A stretch of 64,000 bases of DNA from Candidatus Altarchaeum sp. (GTDB lineage: Archaea; Altiarchaeota; Altiarchaeia; Altiarchaeales; Altiarchaeaceae): the NCBI GenBank assembly GCA_018260615.1, contig JAGWDQ010000053.1:10898-74897 (forward strand), given 5' to 3'. The translations under genes were made by a program, and so were the position numbers. How positions within the stretch are numbered: the stretch's first letter is position 1; every line of letters starts with the position of its first letter. Shown here in pieces: positions 1 through 10,586 of the stretch. Below the pieces are notes generated by a model. It searched no databases. It saw only the letters and a list, made by a program, of their open reading frames with translations, and had not been told where the DNA came from.

Positions 1-1
1 A

Positions 2-289
2 CTTGCGATAGCAGCAGCATGGATTGGATTGATGTTCGGAGGAAACTTTGCATTATTCCCTACAGCAACAAGAGAATTCTTCGGGATAAAGAACTACGGA
101 GCAAACTATGCAATGGTATTCCTTGGTTACGGTGTAGCAGGTATATTTGGTCCAATTATGGCGGGGCAAACAAAAGATCTCTTTGGAAGTTATGACATGG
201 CGTTTATTATCTGCGGAGCATTATGTGTAATTGCTGCAATACTGGCGTTTGTTACAAAAGCACCACAACATAAGCAGAAAGAGGAGTAA
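2..289 (+). CDS. MFS transporter, oxalate/formate antiporter (OFA)-like, C-terminal part (5' end outside window)
   Basis: GGNFALFPTATREFFGIKNYGANY motif and hydrophobic helices typical of the OFA-family MFS C-terminus; frame is open from the window start. Confidence 0.8.
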   Translation, partial: LAIAAAWIGLMFGGNFALFPTATREFFGIKNYGANYAMVFLGYGVAGIFGPIMAGQTKDLFGSYDMAFIICGALCVIAAILAFVTKAPQHKQKEE

Positions 290-420
290 TCTATTCACTT
301 CTTTTTTGAATTTTACTGCATTGTAGTGAACACCATTCTTTTTTATTTTTTTTCTTTTTTATTTATTTTTTTGAACTTGTCCAAACAGCGAAATTTTTAA
401 AATTTATCGTTGTTTCTCAT

Positions 421-1341
421 TTATCTATCCTTCATCCACTCATACACCTTTTTCATCCCTGTTTCTATGTCATCCGGCATGAAATTGAGCTCATTCTGTA
501 ATCGTTTTATGTCAAGATAAATTCTCTTAACCTCTCCGGGTCTTTCTTTTTCATAAATCGGAATTATTTTTTTGCTGAAAATTTTTTCCATAACACTTAC
601 AAGTTCATTTACAGATGTTTCTTTTCCTGTTCCGACATTATACTCATTATATTTTTTCAGTTTGTCAATAGCGGCAATATTTGCCTTTACAACATCGTCT
701 ACACTAACATAATCTCTTGTTTGTGTTCCGTCACCAAAAATTACAGGAATTTTGTTTTGTGAAAGTCGTCCGAAAAATATTGCTATAACTCCTGCCTCAC
801 CGAGCGGATCCTGCCTTCTTCCGTAAACATTGCCGTATCTCATTGCAGTATATTTCAGTCCGTAAATTTTACTGAATGTATGCAGATAACATTCAACGGC
901 AAATTTTGACGCACCGTAAGGCGATACCGGTTTTATATTTGTGTTTTCATCAGCCGGAAGAATTGTTGGTTCTCCATAAATAGCCCCTCCCGACGAAGAA
1001 TAAATTATTTTTTTAACATTGCTGTTTATTGCCTGCTGTATTAAATTTATTGACCCCTTGATATTTATATCCATATCATAAACCGGATTTTCAACCGACT
1101 TCCTGACATCAATTTGTGCAGCCAGATGAAATATAATTTCAACATCCTTTAAAATTTTTGTGTCAAAGTCCCTCAAATCACCTTTATAAAATTTAAATTT
1201 GCCGCTTTTTGTTGCATTGCTTAAATTTTCCATCCTTCCGGTTGTCAGATTATCCAGGACCTTTACACTATGTCCCTGCTTCAGCAATTCATCAGCAAGA
1301 TTGCTCCCTATAAAACCGGCACCGCCTGTAACGAGAATCAT
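421..1341 (-). CDS. galE: NAD-dependent epimerase/dehydratase, UDP-glucose 4-epimerase-like
   Basis: GGAGFIGS Rossmann motif, YGASK catalytic YxxxK, RYGNVYG, GDGTQTRDY. Confidence 0.85.
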   Translation of the reverse strand: MILVTGGAGFIGSNLADELLKQGHSVKVLDNLTTGRMENLSNATKSGKFKFYKGDLRDFDTKILKDVEIIFHLAAQIDVRKSVENPVYDMDINIKGSINLIQQAINSNVKKIIYSSSGGAIYGEPTILPADENTNIKPVSPYGASKFAVECYLHTFSKIYGLKYTAMRYGNVYGRRQDPLGEAGVIAIFFGRLSQNKIPVIFGDGTQTRDYVSVDDVVKANIAAIDKLKKYNEYNVGTGKETSVNELVSVMEKIFSKKIIPIYEKERPGEVKRIYLDIKRLQNELNFMPDDIETGMKKVYEWMKDR

Positions 1342-1447
1342 TTTAAAAAATTTTTATCAAATTTATTTATCAAATTTATTTATCAAATTTATATACAATT
1401 AATTTTAAAACAATTTTAATTTAATTCTAACTTTCAATAAATCAAAA

Positions 1448-1939
1448 ATGAATGCACCGGTTAACAAGGGGGAAAATAAAGTGGAACACAAGGAGGAAAA
1501 AATAAGGAAGATTAAAAACGGCACCGTAATAGATCATATTGAAGGAGGAAAGGCGTTTTCTGTTTTAAAAATTTTAAACATTGATGAAAATTATGAGAGC
1601 ATCGTTTCCGTGGTAATAAATGCAGAAAGTGAAACATACGGAAAGAAGGACATCGTAAAGATTGAAGGAAGGACATTGACAAAAGATGAAACAAATAAAA
1701 TTTCCCTGCTGTCTGCCAGAGCAACGGTAAATGTCATCGCCGATTCAAAGGTTACTGAAAAATACAAAGTTGAAGTTCCTTATGAAATAAATAACCTGCT
1801 TAAATGCCCGAATCCCGAATGCATAACAAACTCGGAATTAGAGAATATTGAAACAAAGATGTTCAGGTTCTCAAAGAAGCCGTTAAAATTCAGGTGTCAT
1901 TACTGCGAGAGGGTGTTTTCGGAGCTGGAATTTAAATGA
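1448..1939 (+). CDS. pyrI: Aspartate carbamoyltransferase regulatory subunit
   Basis: KIKNGTVIDHI, KKDIVKIE, and Zn ligands CPNPECIT / CHYC. Confidence 0.95.
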   Translation: MNAPVNKGENKVEHKEEKIRKIKNGTVIDHIEGGKAFSVLKILNIDENYESIVSVVINAESETYGKKDIVKIEGRTLTKDETNKISLLSARATVNVIADSKVTEKYKVEVPYEINNLLKCPNPECITNSELENIETKMFRFSKKPLKFRCHYCERVFSELEFK

Positions 1940-2356
1940 AATTCAGGTGGTGATAAACATGTAAGGTTGGATGTTAACATTTACATTTAAATTACAAGCA
2001 TTTTTGAAAACCTGTAATTTTCAAAAATCTCCGAGTGTAAACGAGGTGATTTATCCCGGAATTTATTTTTAAGAACCTTACTTCTTAATCACTACTGAAA
2101 TTTAAACTATTTGAAAGGGTACAAAAATTACTGAAAATCTGCAAGATTTTCAATCTTTAAAAATCCACAGGATTTTTAAATTACCCGTGAAAATTTAAAA
2201 AACATAAAAATCAAAATTTACCTATAATTTTTTGGGTGAGTGGATAGTAGAGTTGTTGCAAATTAAAAATTTTAAAGTTGGAAATTAATAAAATTTAAAC
2301 GAATTCAAAGGTGGAAAAGTTATTTTGCAACATGTATGGTTAGTAATCGTATTCTA

Positions 2357-5242
2357 TTAACAGATTTCATCTAAAATAACGGGATATATGTCCTCAATAA
2401 TCTTGTTTAAGTCGTTTTCGTTAAAACCAGCGACTTTCAATATTGTTTTATCAAGTTTGAGTCTGTAGTCCTTTTTATCTCTGATTTGAACATGTATCGG
2501 ATCAAACTCTAAATCCTCTAATTCATCTAAAAGTTCCATCAGTTCTTTTTTTTCACTGTCTTTTAATTTTTCACTGTCAATAATATCCATAAGTACTAAA
2601 TCCGATTGCGACACACCCATCCAGGAGCCGGTAGTTTCTTTCTTTATCTTAAGAAGTTGTATCCAATATAAGATGCTATTCATATACAAGCATAATATTT
2701 TAGCTTCTTCTTTACCAATGTATGGCAAAACCTCAAAAGAATGGGGAGCAATTATTTTTTCATCGCAACATATTGCTGTGACATATGTCTCATCAGAATT
2801 AAATCTAAATCTATTAGGTATTAATATGTGCGACTCTTTTTTATTTATTTCTTTATTAATGTTTTCCCAAGAAATATCTTTTCCTTTATATTTGGATGAG
2901 TCAATAATCTCCTGAATGTCCTCGGGTTTTGCTCGTATCATGTAATCAATTTTATCTTTCACATATAAGTTTTTGATGCCGGTTATTGTTCTGACAGATT
3001 TTTTTAAATAAATTTTGTCAATGGAGTACTTTTCTCTTTTGTTTTTAATCTTAAAATCTACACTTTTATCTTTATCACCGTCTAACACAAGATGTGCTCT
3101 TTTGACTCTACTTTCAGATAACGGATTATTGATAAATAAAATTTGAGAAATGCCCTTAGGTGATGCATGAAATCCCTCTAATATAATATCTTTTTCTAAT
3201 TTTTTTGTTTTATTGCTTAATTTTAACTTTTCTAATACATATTCTATCTTTTTCTTATTTGTAAGATTTTCGGTGAATATGAAAGACATCAAATTTTCTT
3301 TGGCCATTAAAAGTTCACTCTGCATTACTTTAATTATACTGAAATCACCGGTCTCTTTTTCTTTTTCCCTAACGGTCTCAAGTTCCCTGACGATTGATTC
3401 TATATCCGGGCCGGTATATGTGTCAATTGGTTTGCGAAGTGAGACGATCTTTAACTCGTGATTTGATTCATGCCGTATTTTTTTAGCAATTATCATGATG
3501 TCTGTAAAGTCAGAATCCTCACTAAACGATGTGTTCCTGTGGGGTTTGATTATATACTTAAAAGAATAATTTTCCAGATAATACTCTCTAATTTTTTTAG
3601 AATCTTCTCCACGCAAAAAGTTAATGGGGATTATTGCACCAATCATTCCCCCAATTTTTAAATTTTTATCAGACAATGCCATGAAATGTCCCCATACACC
3701 TACTCTTCGCCCGGATATCTTATACACCTGTGATTTAAGAAATTCCTCTCTAAGTTTTTCAGGAATATCTTGTATTCTTGTAAATGGAGGATTTATGACT
3801 ATTGTGTCTACTTTATCAATTTTGAACATTTTTGCAGGATATTCTTTCTTTGTTGTTTCATCACCGGGAGATTTAAAATCAGATATTGTTTTTTGCTTTC
3901 TGTTAATATGCTCCATAACATTGGAAATATCTCCATATGCTTCTTTAACTTCTATAGGAAGATTAAATAATTCCAGCGAGTTTCTGTTAGATACTCTGAC
4001 AAATTTGGTATCAGTGCTCAGGTTTTGAGCAGATAAGTTTAGTCCGGTTAAATGACAGGCAAATGGCATAATATCTGTTCCGGTTAATTGTTCTTCTAAA
4101 AAATCTCTATGAATATCTTTTTTATCCTCCGATGTTAAAATATTTTTATTCGGGTGAACTTGCAACTTTCTGTTATAACTTTCAACAAGTAATGTTCCGG
4201 AACCACAAGCCATATCCCACACCTTTTCATCCCATGCTTTTATCGTCAGGTTTGTTAATAATTTAGCAGAAGCTGGTTTTGTATAATACGATGCTAATAC
4301 CTCGCGAGTTTCCGCCGGAAGACATTTCCCTATGAGTTTTCCGTAAATGTCCTGTTTCATTTCCTCAATTCCCAAAGGATACAAAACTGTAATTATGTTA
4401 TTTATATGTTCTGTAATATCTCCGGTTATCGGAATTTTGGAAATTACATCAATATCAAAAATAGGTTCAAAATTGATTTCTTTTATCTGATTAAAATAAT
4501 TATTAAGTTCAGACATCGTCCGGATTTTTTTTATTTCATCTACCTTCCCTGTTTTTTTTGAATATAAAAAATAAAATAGTATCTGGTTTACAAGAATATA
4601 AGAAATCAGATCAATTGCCTGATTTCTAAGTAATTTATCGCTTTTTGTTCTGCTTAATGACAGGAAAAGCCCCTGATCTTTGGTAAGAAAGTTTACCAGC
4701 TCTTTTATCAGTAATTCGTCCTTGTACTCTTTGTTAATTAATTTGGATAAGGACTTTATGCTGCTTTGTAAGACCCCGGATGCCGTCTCAATATTTTTTG
4801 CAGATAATAATTTCTTTTCTATTTTTCCTTTTAACTGAGTTATGGATTCTTTCACTGAAAGGTCCACAAGTTCATCCCATTCCTTTGTCAAAAATATACA
4901 TTTACAGGTTCTCTCAATTGCTATTTTATTTATCTCTTCAATAGTGCCTTCTCTTTTTACATCATAAGGGTACACTATTACTATCATATTTTTTGTCTCA
5001 TATTTTAAAGAATACCCATACACCTGGACAATACCTCCTAATAAAGCAGGGCGCAGGTCTTCTTTTTGAGCAGATATTTTAACTTCAAGAATATATGAGT
5101 TGCCTTCATGTTCAAATAGTATGTCCAAATACCTATCTGTGTTTATCGGTTTTACTTCTGAAATTCCTGTAAAACCCAAATTCTCCAATAACCTTAAAAT
5201 AGGTGCATAAAATGAACGCTCTACCGGTCTTATTTTTGTCAT
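2357..5242 (-). CDS. Type IIG-like fused restriction endonuclease / m6A DNA methyltransferase
   Basis: N-terminal PD-(D/E)xK-like DILF...ILEVK, motif I DMACGSGTLL, motif IV NPPF, long C-terminal target-recognition region. Confidence 0.85.
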   Translation of the reverse strand: MTKIRPVERSFYAPILRLLENLGFTGISEVKPINTDRYLDILFEHEGNSYILEVKISAQKEDLRPALLGGIVQVYGYSLKYETKNMIVIVYPYDVKREGTIEEINKIAIERTCKCIFLTKEWDELVDLSVKESITQLKGKIEKKLLSAKNIETASGVLQSSIKSLSKLINKEYKDELLIKELVNFLTKDQGLFLSLSRTKSDKLLRNQAIDLISYILVNQILFYFLYSKKTGKVDEIKKIRTMSELNNYFNQIKEINFEPIFDIDVISKIPITGDITEHINNIITVLYPLGIEEMKQDIYGKLIGKCLPAETREVLASYYTKPASAKLLTNLTIKAWDEKVWDMACGSGTLLVESYNRKLQVHPNKNILTSEDKKDIHRDFLEEQLTGTDIMPFACHLTGLNLSAQNLSTDTKFVRVSNRNSLELFNLPIEVKEAYGDISNVMEHINRKQKTISDFKSPGDETTKKEYPAKMFKIDKVDTIVINPPFTRIQDIPEKLREEFLKSQVYKISGRRVGVWGHFMALSDKNLKIGGMIGAIIPINFLRGEDSKKIREYYLENYSFKYIIKPHRNTSFSEDSDFTDIMIIAKKIRHESNHELKIVSLRKPIDTYTGPDIESIVRELETVREKEKETGDFSIIKVMQSELLMAKENLMSFIFTENLTNKKKIEYVLEKLKLSNKTKKLEKDIILEGFHASPKGISQILFINNPLSESRVKRAHLVLDGDKDKSVDFKIKNKREKYSIDKIYLKKSVRTITGIKNLYVKDKIDYMIRAKPEDIQEIIDSSKYKGKDISWENINKEINKKESHILIPNRFRFNSDETYVTAICCDEKIIAPHSFEVLPYIGKEEAKILCLYMNSILYWIQLLKIKKETTGSWMGVSQSDLVLMDIIDSEKLKDSEKKELMELLDELEDLEFDPIHVQIRDKKDYRLKLDKTILKVAGFNENDLNKIIEDIYPVILDEIC

Positions 5243-5430
5243 CTTTTTCTTTTTTATATGTAAATTTTTCTTTTTTAATGAGATGAACTTGTGTTATAAC
5301 TTTTTATTTAAACAATTATGAATAAGATAAAAGATTATTGTAACCTATTAGCACATACAAATAAATACATGAAACATAAAAAATAACACACCGAAATTTT
5401 CCTTTTCAACATTTTATCCTGGTGGAATGA

Positions 5431-5920
5431 TTTTTTATCGTACAGGAAAGTTCGTTTTATTATCCTCACACCAAGACACAGTCACCTCGCTATTCACCTC
5501 GCTGTTGTTCGGAGATTTAAAAAAATCTGTTGATTTTTAAAATACTGAAAATCTGTAAGATTTTCAATCTTTAAAAATCTGTTGATTTTTAAATCACCTC
5601 ATTTCATTCGGAGATTTTCAAAACTCTCACCTCGCTGTTGCTCGGAGATTTTCAAAACTTCGCGTTTTGAAAATGCGATTTGAAAATGCTCGGAGATTTT
5701 CAAATCTCTCACCTCGCTCCTGCTCGGAGATTTTCAAAACTTCGCGTTTTGAAAATGCGTTTTGAAAATAAGTTCGCTTCGCTCTCATTTAAAAATGCTA
5801 CAAGCATTTTTAAAGATTGAAAACTTATAGTTTTCAGTATATTTTCAAAATCTTTGCGATTTTGAAAAAGACACAAAGGAGTTATATTCTGTAACTTGGT
5901 GACTTTGTGGCTTTGTGTGA
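5431..5920. repeat. Mosaic intergenic repeat: 33-bp motif plus CTCACAC...TGTGTGA palindrome with nested hairpin repeats
   Basis: Arms ctcacaccaagacac (5465) and ctttgtggctttgtgtga (ending 5920) enclose several cacctcgct..ctcggagattttcaaaa and actgaaaatc..gattttcaatctttaaaaatc units also seen elsewhere in the window. Confidence 0.85.
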
Positions 5921-6772
5921 ATATTCTTCTGATTTTTTTAAAATTTTTTCAATAATCTTTTCCGACCTTGAACCATACTGCATCGCCTTCTTTTTTCTCT
6001 TAACAATAAATTCGGGAACGCCTATATTTTCGGCCAACTTCCTCAATATAAATTTTCTGATAAATTTCTTCCCTTCAACAATATCAATTGTTTCGGCAAA
6101 TTCATCAATATATTCATCACCTTCATCACCTTTCACCTCATAAATTTTAAATTCCATCGGAATGTTCATTGCATAGTCCGAAAAATTTTTCTCCATATAA
6201 GGAAATTTCAGACAAATTTTGTTAAATGCACACATTGCTATGTCCCTGTTCAGATTCTCTTTATAAGCGATGTTTATGTCATTTTTCATCGCAATAAGCC
6301 GTTCATCTTCATTCATTCTTAAATATCTCGCATAGCCGCCAAAAATTTCATCTGCTCCCTGACCGGATAGCATAACTTTTATGCCGTCTTCGCCTGCCTT
6401 TTTTGAAGCAAAGTAAATCGGAACTGCCGTTGATAAATTTAATCTGGTTATTTCAATATTGTTGTCCTTTAAAATTTTGACTATGTTTTCAATTTCATTT
6501 TTGACATCGTTCTCTGTAATAAGGACAATTTTCGTATTCGTCAAATTTAGGGTCTTAAATTTCCGGGCAAAAATGACATCTTCGGATTCATAAGTTCCGA
6601 CGGTATAAGCAGAGACACTGGAAAATTTATTCGCTAACATTGCAATGATCGTTGAATCAATTCCGGCGGAAAATACAACTCCTGTTTTCTTTTCATCGCC
6701 GCTCGCCTGCTTAACTGCATCGTCTAATAAATTTTTTAAATTTAAATGTCTTGGAGCATAATCGTTTTTCAT
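5882..6772 (-). CDS. Asparagine synthase C-terminal (synthetase) domain protein, lacking the glutaminase domain
   Basis: VVFSAGIDST PP-loop, SGQGADEIFGGY, KKKAMQYGS; probable start is ATG 6772 rather than the ORF-track start at 7048. Confidence 0.8.
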   Translation of the reverse strand: MKNDYAPRHLNLKNLLDDAVKQASGDEKKTGVVFSAGIDSTIIAMLANKFSSVSAYTVGTYESEDVIFARKFKTLNLTNTKIVLITENDVKNEIENIVKILKDNNIEITRLNLSTAVPIYFASKKAGEDGIKVMLSGQGADEIFGGYARYLRMNEDERLIAMKNDINIAYKENLNRDIAMCAFNKICLKFPYMEKNFSDYAMNIPMEFKIYEVKGDEGDEYIDEFAETIDIVEGKKFIRKFILRKLAENIGVPEFIVKRKKKAMQYGSRSEKIIEKILKKSEEYSHKATKSPSYRI

Positions 6773-6833
6773 TTTAAATTTTTTGGCATATAACAAATTT
6801 ATTAACAAATTAATTAATTTATACTCTGCTAAA

Positions 6834-7253
6834 ATGTTTAAGAAAGTAGTTGCAGGAGGAACATTCAACAAAATCCACAAAGGACACGAAGATCTGATTA
6901 AGACAACTTTTAATATCGGCGAATATGTGTCCATCGGCTTAACTTCCGACAAATTTGCAAATTTATTCAGGGCTGAAAAGGTTCTGGAATATAAAAAAAG
7001 AGAAAAAAACCTCAAAGAAAAAATTTCCGCTTTAAATTTACACGACAATTATGAAATTTTAAAGATTGATGATATGTATGGAATTGCGACACTTAAAGAA
7101 GACCTGAATGCGATTGTCGTAAGTGAGGAAACACTTCCGAGAGCACAGGAAATAAATGCAATAAGATTTAAAAAAGGGCTGAAACGATTAATAATGGTTG
7201 TGGTTCCGTTTGCATTTAAGAATAACAGGCCGCTTTCGGCAAGTCATTTATAA
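6834..7253 (+). CDS. coaD: Archaeal phosphopantetheine adenylyltransferase
   Basis: VVAGGTFNKIHKGH (HxGH), GLTSD, AIVVSEET; probable start MFKKVV at 6834. Confidence 0.85.
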   Translation: MFKKVVAGGTFNKIHKGHEDLIKTTFNIGEYVSIGLTSDKFANLFRAEKVLEYKKREKNLKEKISALNLHDNYEILKIDDMYGIATLKEDLNAIVVSEETLPRAQEINAIRFKKGLKRLIMVVVPFAFKNNRPLSASHL

Positions 7254-7298
7254 AATATCAAAAATTTTTGTTGCCTGTATTTTGCCTGATTTTGAAAT

Positions 7299-8225
7299 TT
7301 AGTTTTCTTGTTCAGTTATAATTTCGGGTTCCGGATAATCAAAGTCCGGTTTTTCCTCAAATAGTTTCTTTTGTTTGATTACCTCGTTGATTCTTGTCAG
7401 TGCAGTTTCGCAATATTTCTTAGATATGTCTATACCTATAAATCTTCTTTTCAATTTGAAGGCGACTAATGTTGTGGTTCCGGCGCCATTAAACGGATCT
7501 AAAACTATATCTCCTTTGTAAGAAAATAATTTCAAAGCTCTTTTTGGTAGTTCTTCCGGAAACATTGCCGGATGCCCAAAGTCCTTCATTTTCGTCTCAG
7601 GAGTAAATTTCCACTTTGCATAAACACATTCTTTAAATTCTTCACCGGTTATATCAATATGTTCTTTTTTACCTGTTTTTTTATGGGTTTCTTTATCAAA
7701 AATTTCTATAAACTCCCAGGTGTATTTTAAATAAGGCATTGACGGTGATTTCCAGCTTCCCCACGCCGTGTATTTTGCATTATAATTATTTTTTTCCCAT
7801 AATACTTCAGCTTTCCATAAAAAGCCCAAATCAAGTAATTGCTTTGAAATTATATGGTGTGTCGGTACATAATCAGAAAATAACGGCTGGACATTTACTA
7901 TTATTCTTCCGCCGGGTTTTATTATCCTGTAACATTCTTTCCAGACAACAAATAATTTTTTAAAATATTCGTTCCATTCTTTTGTATCCTGTGTTGTATC
8001 GTTTGCATAACTATGACCAAAGTTATAGGGTGGTGAAGTTAATACTATATCTATAGAATTAGATGGAATCTTAGATAGTACCTTTTCAGCATCGCCTACT
8101 ATGATTTTATTGTTCAACTTTTTAATATCCGGATTTTCAACTGAAAAAATATCTTTCTTTTCTTCTTTTGTACCTTTTCTTATCTTCTCTTTTATTCCTT
8201 TATCTTTTATTTTTTCGGGGCTCAT
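7299..8225 (-). CDS. Beta-class DNA methyltransferase (SPPY, probably N4-cytosine)
   Basis: Motif IV TSPPYN, HPAMFP, motif I DPFNGAGTT; overlaps the stop of the upstream endonuclease gene. Confidence 0.9.
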   Translation of the reverse strand: MSPEKIKDKGIKEKIRKGTKEEKKDIFSVENPDIKKLNNKIIVGDAEKVLSKIPSNSIDIVLTSPPYNFGHSYANDTTQDTKEWNEYFKKLFVVWKECYRIIKPGGRIIVNVQPLFSDYVPTHHIISKQLLDLGFLWKAEVLWEKNNYNAKYTAWGSWKSPSMPYLKYTWEFIEIFDKETHKKTGKKEHIDITGEEFKECVYAKWKFTPETKMKDFGHPAMFPEELPKRALKLFSYKGDIVLDPFNGAGTTTLVAFKLKRRFIGIDISKKYCETALTRINEVIKQKKLFEEKPDFDYPEPEIITEQEN

Positions 8226-9045
8226 AATATTTTACCTTCTTTAATAAGTTTTTGTTCTATATTTGACCAGTCCCTTTCTAAGTGATTTCTAACAAATTTG
8301 AAAAGATCTTTTACTACTTCAAAATCTATGGGTTTACTATTCTTACTCTTTCTTTTTTCTTTTCTCAAAACATAAATTTGGTTAATTCTTGAATAAGCAG
8401 GATCAACATCCAAACTCACATCATAACATTCTGTAATCACGAGAAATAAACAATAAGGATTGCCATTTTTTATTTTTTCGGCAGTAGCAATTGAACCCTC
8501 AAGCATTGTTTTATCAATGTATGTTTTGCATTCAATAGAAACAACAGGAACATTAATCAATTTTTGTTCTCCATCCGCTTTTATCAAAATTGTCCGGTAA
8601 ATGGCAAAGTCCTGGTCCTTTTCATTAATCTTCATATTCGGCGTTTTGATGAAGTCCACCAAATTCTCCGGTGCAAAATATAAATTACTGTACGCCCTTG
8701 TGTCACCTAATTGTATTTTTTTAATCTCCTCGCTAAATAATATAAGAATTCTTCCGGGACAGTTGAATGAAATTTAGATTGTGCGGAAAAATCTACATTT
8801 TTAATCTCGTTTTTATAATCATTCAACCACTTGACTCTTTGATTTATCGCATCATCCGAATATTCGGTTAGGATTTCATTATTATTATTCCATTCTTTAT
8901 ATTTTTCAATAACTTTTTGCAGTTGCTTTTTTTGAGTAGTAAACAAAATAGATGATATCTGCAATTTTGCAAGTATGTTTCTTCCATGAATATGAGATTT
9001 GTTTAAATTTTCTTTAAACCAAGCAATTTCTTTTTCCATAGTCAT
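8222..9045 (-). pseudogene. Bpu10I-family type II restriction endonuclease, split by a frameshift near 8707-8740
   Basis: Upstream ORF has FSAQSKFHSTVPEEFLYY; downstream ORF has VPVVSIECKTYIDKTMLEG; the downstream frame stays open back through FSEEIKKIQLGDTRAYSNLYF, overlapping the end of the upstream ORF in the -1 frame. Confidence 0.75.
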
Positions 9046-9063
9046 TTTACCCTTTTTAAATTT

Positions 9064-9972
9064 TTATATCATATTGATTTCCTTTAAGACCTCCTTAATT
9101 TTTCCTTTTGACGCATCTGACACCTCAACCAACGGCAACCTTAAATTTCCCGCATTCATTCCGGATTTCCCGTTTTCCTTTAAGACATTCATCGCATATT
9201 TTACCGGAGCAGGATTTGTTTCAATAAACATTGTTTTTGTTAAATTTAATAATTTATAATGTATTTCTCTTGCACATTCAAAATTTCCTGATAAACAACA
9301 ATCCGTTAATGTTTTTACCTCCTTTGGCATTATGTTTGAAACAACTGAAATAACTCCTTTTCCACCCAATGCAATTATTGGCAAAGTCCATCCGTCATCT
9401 CCTGAAAGAAGGATAAAATTTTGAGCATTCCTTAATTTCAGTTTGTTTATTATTCCTGATATTTGATCCAAATCGTCCGATGCCTCTTTAACACCTATGA
9501 TGCCGTTAATCCGGCTTAATCTTATGGTTGTATCTGGTTCTATATTAATTCCTGTTCTTGATTTAATATTATACGGAATTAAAGGAATGTCAATTGTTTC
9601 GGCTATCTTTTTGTAATGCTGATAAATTCCTTCCTGTGTCGGCTTATTGTAATACGGAGTAATTAACAAACAGGCATCCGCTCCCGCATCCTTTGCATGT
9701 TTTGTTAATTCAATTGCTTCTGCTGTATTATTTGAGCCGGTTCCAGCAATTATCTTAATTTTTCCATTTGATTCATCAACTACCGTATCAATAACCTTTT
9801 CATGTTCCTCCATAGAAAGTGTTGCCGCCTCTCCTGTTGTACCGCATGGAACAACGCCGTCAATGCCATTATCAATCTGAAATTTTATATTTTCTCTTAA
9901 TCCGTCATAATCAACCTCTAAATTTTTTTTGAATGGCGTTACAATTGCCGTATAGCATCCCGTAATATTCAT
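9064..9972 (-). CDS. dapA: 4-hydroxy-tetrahydrodipicolinate synthase
   Basis: GTTGEAATLS, ITPYYNKP, YNIKSRTG, GVKEAS, ETNPAPVK. Confidence 0.95.
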   Translation of the reverse strand: MNITGCYTAIVTPFKKNLEVDYDGLRENIKFQIDNGIDGVVPCGTTGEAATLSMEEHEKVIDTVVDESNGKIKIIAGTGSNNTAEAIELTKHAKDAGADACLLITPYYNKPTQEGIYQHYKKIAETIDIPLIPYNIKSRTGINIEPDTTIRLSRINGIIGVKEASDDLDQISGIINKLKLRNAQNFILLSGDDGWTLPIIALGGKGVISVVSNIMPKEVKTLTDCCLSGNFECAREIHYKLLNLTKTMFIETNPAPVKYAMNVLKENGKSGMNAGNLRLPLVEVSDASKGKIKEVLKEINMI

Positions 9973-10132
9973 TTTAAATATTTTAAAATTTAAATTTTAA
10001 TTTTGTTAAAAATTATGATTTTTGTATAAAATTTAATTATTCTTGTAATGGGGTTGAGAATTATCTTGAATATTTTTATAAACAAAATCTTAATTCCAAT
10101 AACATAAAATTAAGAAAGATATTTATAAAATC

Positions 10133-10318
10133 ATGGACACAAAAATTAAGAGCCGTCCAAAGGAGGATTTACTGCTTTTGAAGAAAATCGAAAGTTCAAT
10201 GCTTCAGGATGATATTGCCACTTTGGAAGAAGTGAAAAAAGCGTGGAACGAAATCGAAAGGGGAAAATGTATGTCATCTTCTAAGAAGGAATTTCTTGCT
10301 GATCTTAAAAAATGGTAG
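10133..10318 (+). CDS. Small hypothetical protein, possibly antitoxin-like
   Basis: 61 aa; C-terminal LEEVKKAWNEIERGK resembles small archaeal antitoxin-like proteins (my impression only); paralogous to the C-half of the next ORF. Confidence 0.5.
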   Translation: MDTKIKSRPKEDLLLLKKIESSMLQDDIATLEEVKKAWNEIERGKCMSSSKKEFLADLKKW

Positions 10319-10358
10319 AAATTTTTGACATTTCAAATTTATCAAAGAATTTAAAAAA

Positions 10359-10541
10359 ATGGAAAACACAACTAATTTGGATGAACAGATAATTGAATCA
10401 TGGGACAATTCAAAAATATTTGAAAGCAATAAAATAACAAATTCTCTTAAAGAGTTAAAAAAAGCATGGAAAGAAATAGAATCAGGAAAATGTCAGTTAG
10501 ATTCCAAGCAGAAATTTCCTGCCGAACTTGAAAAATGGTAA
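10359..10541 (+). CDS. Chimeric small ORF: LeuRS N-terminal copy fused to a paralog of the upstream small protein
   Basis: aa 1-24 match LeuRS aa 1-25; the remainder matches the C-terminus of 10133..10318. Confidence 0.6.
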   Translation: MENTTNLDEQIIESWDNSKIFESNKITNSLKELKKAWKEIESGKCQLDSKQKFPAELEKW

Positions 10542-10586
10542 AAGTAAAATTTTTATAAGAAAGTCATAAAAAACAAGCAAACCAAA

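Noticed and set aside
6773-7048. N-terminal extension of the asparagine-synthase-like ORF given by the ORF track
   Set aside because: It is the antisense shadow of coaD; ATG 6772 is the more plausible start.
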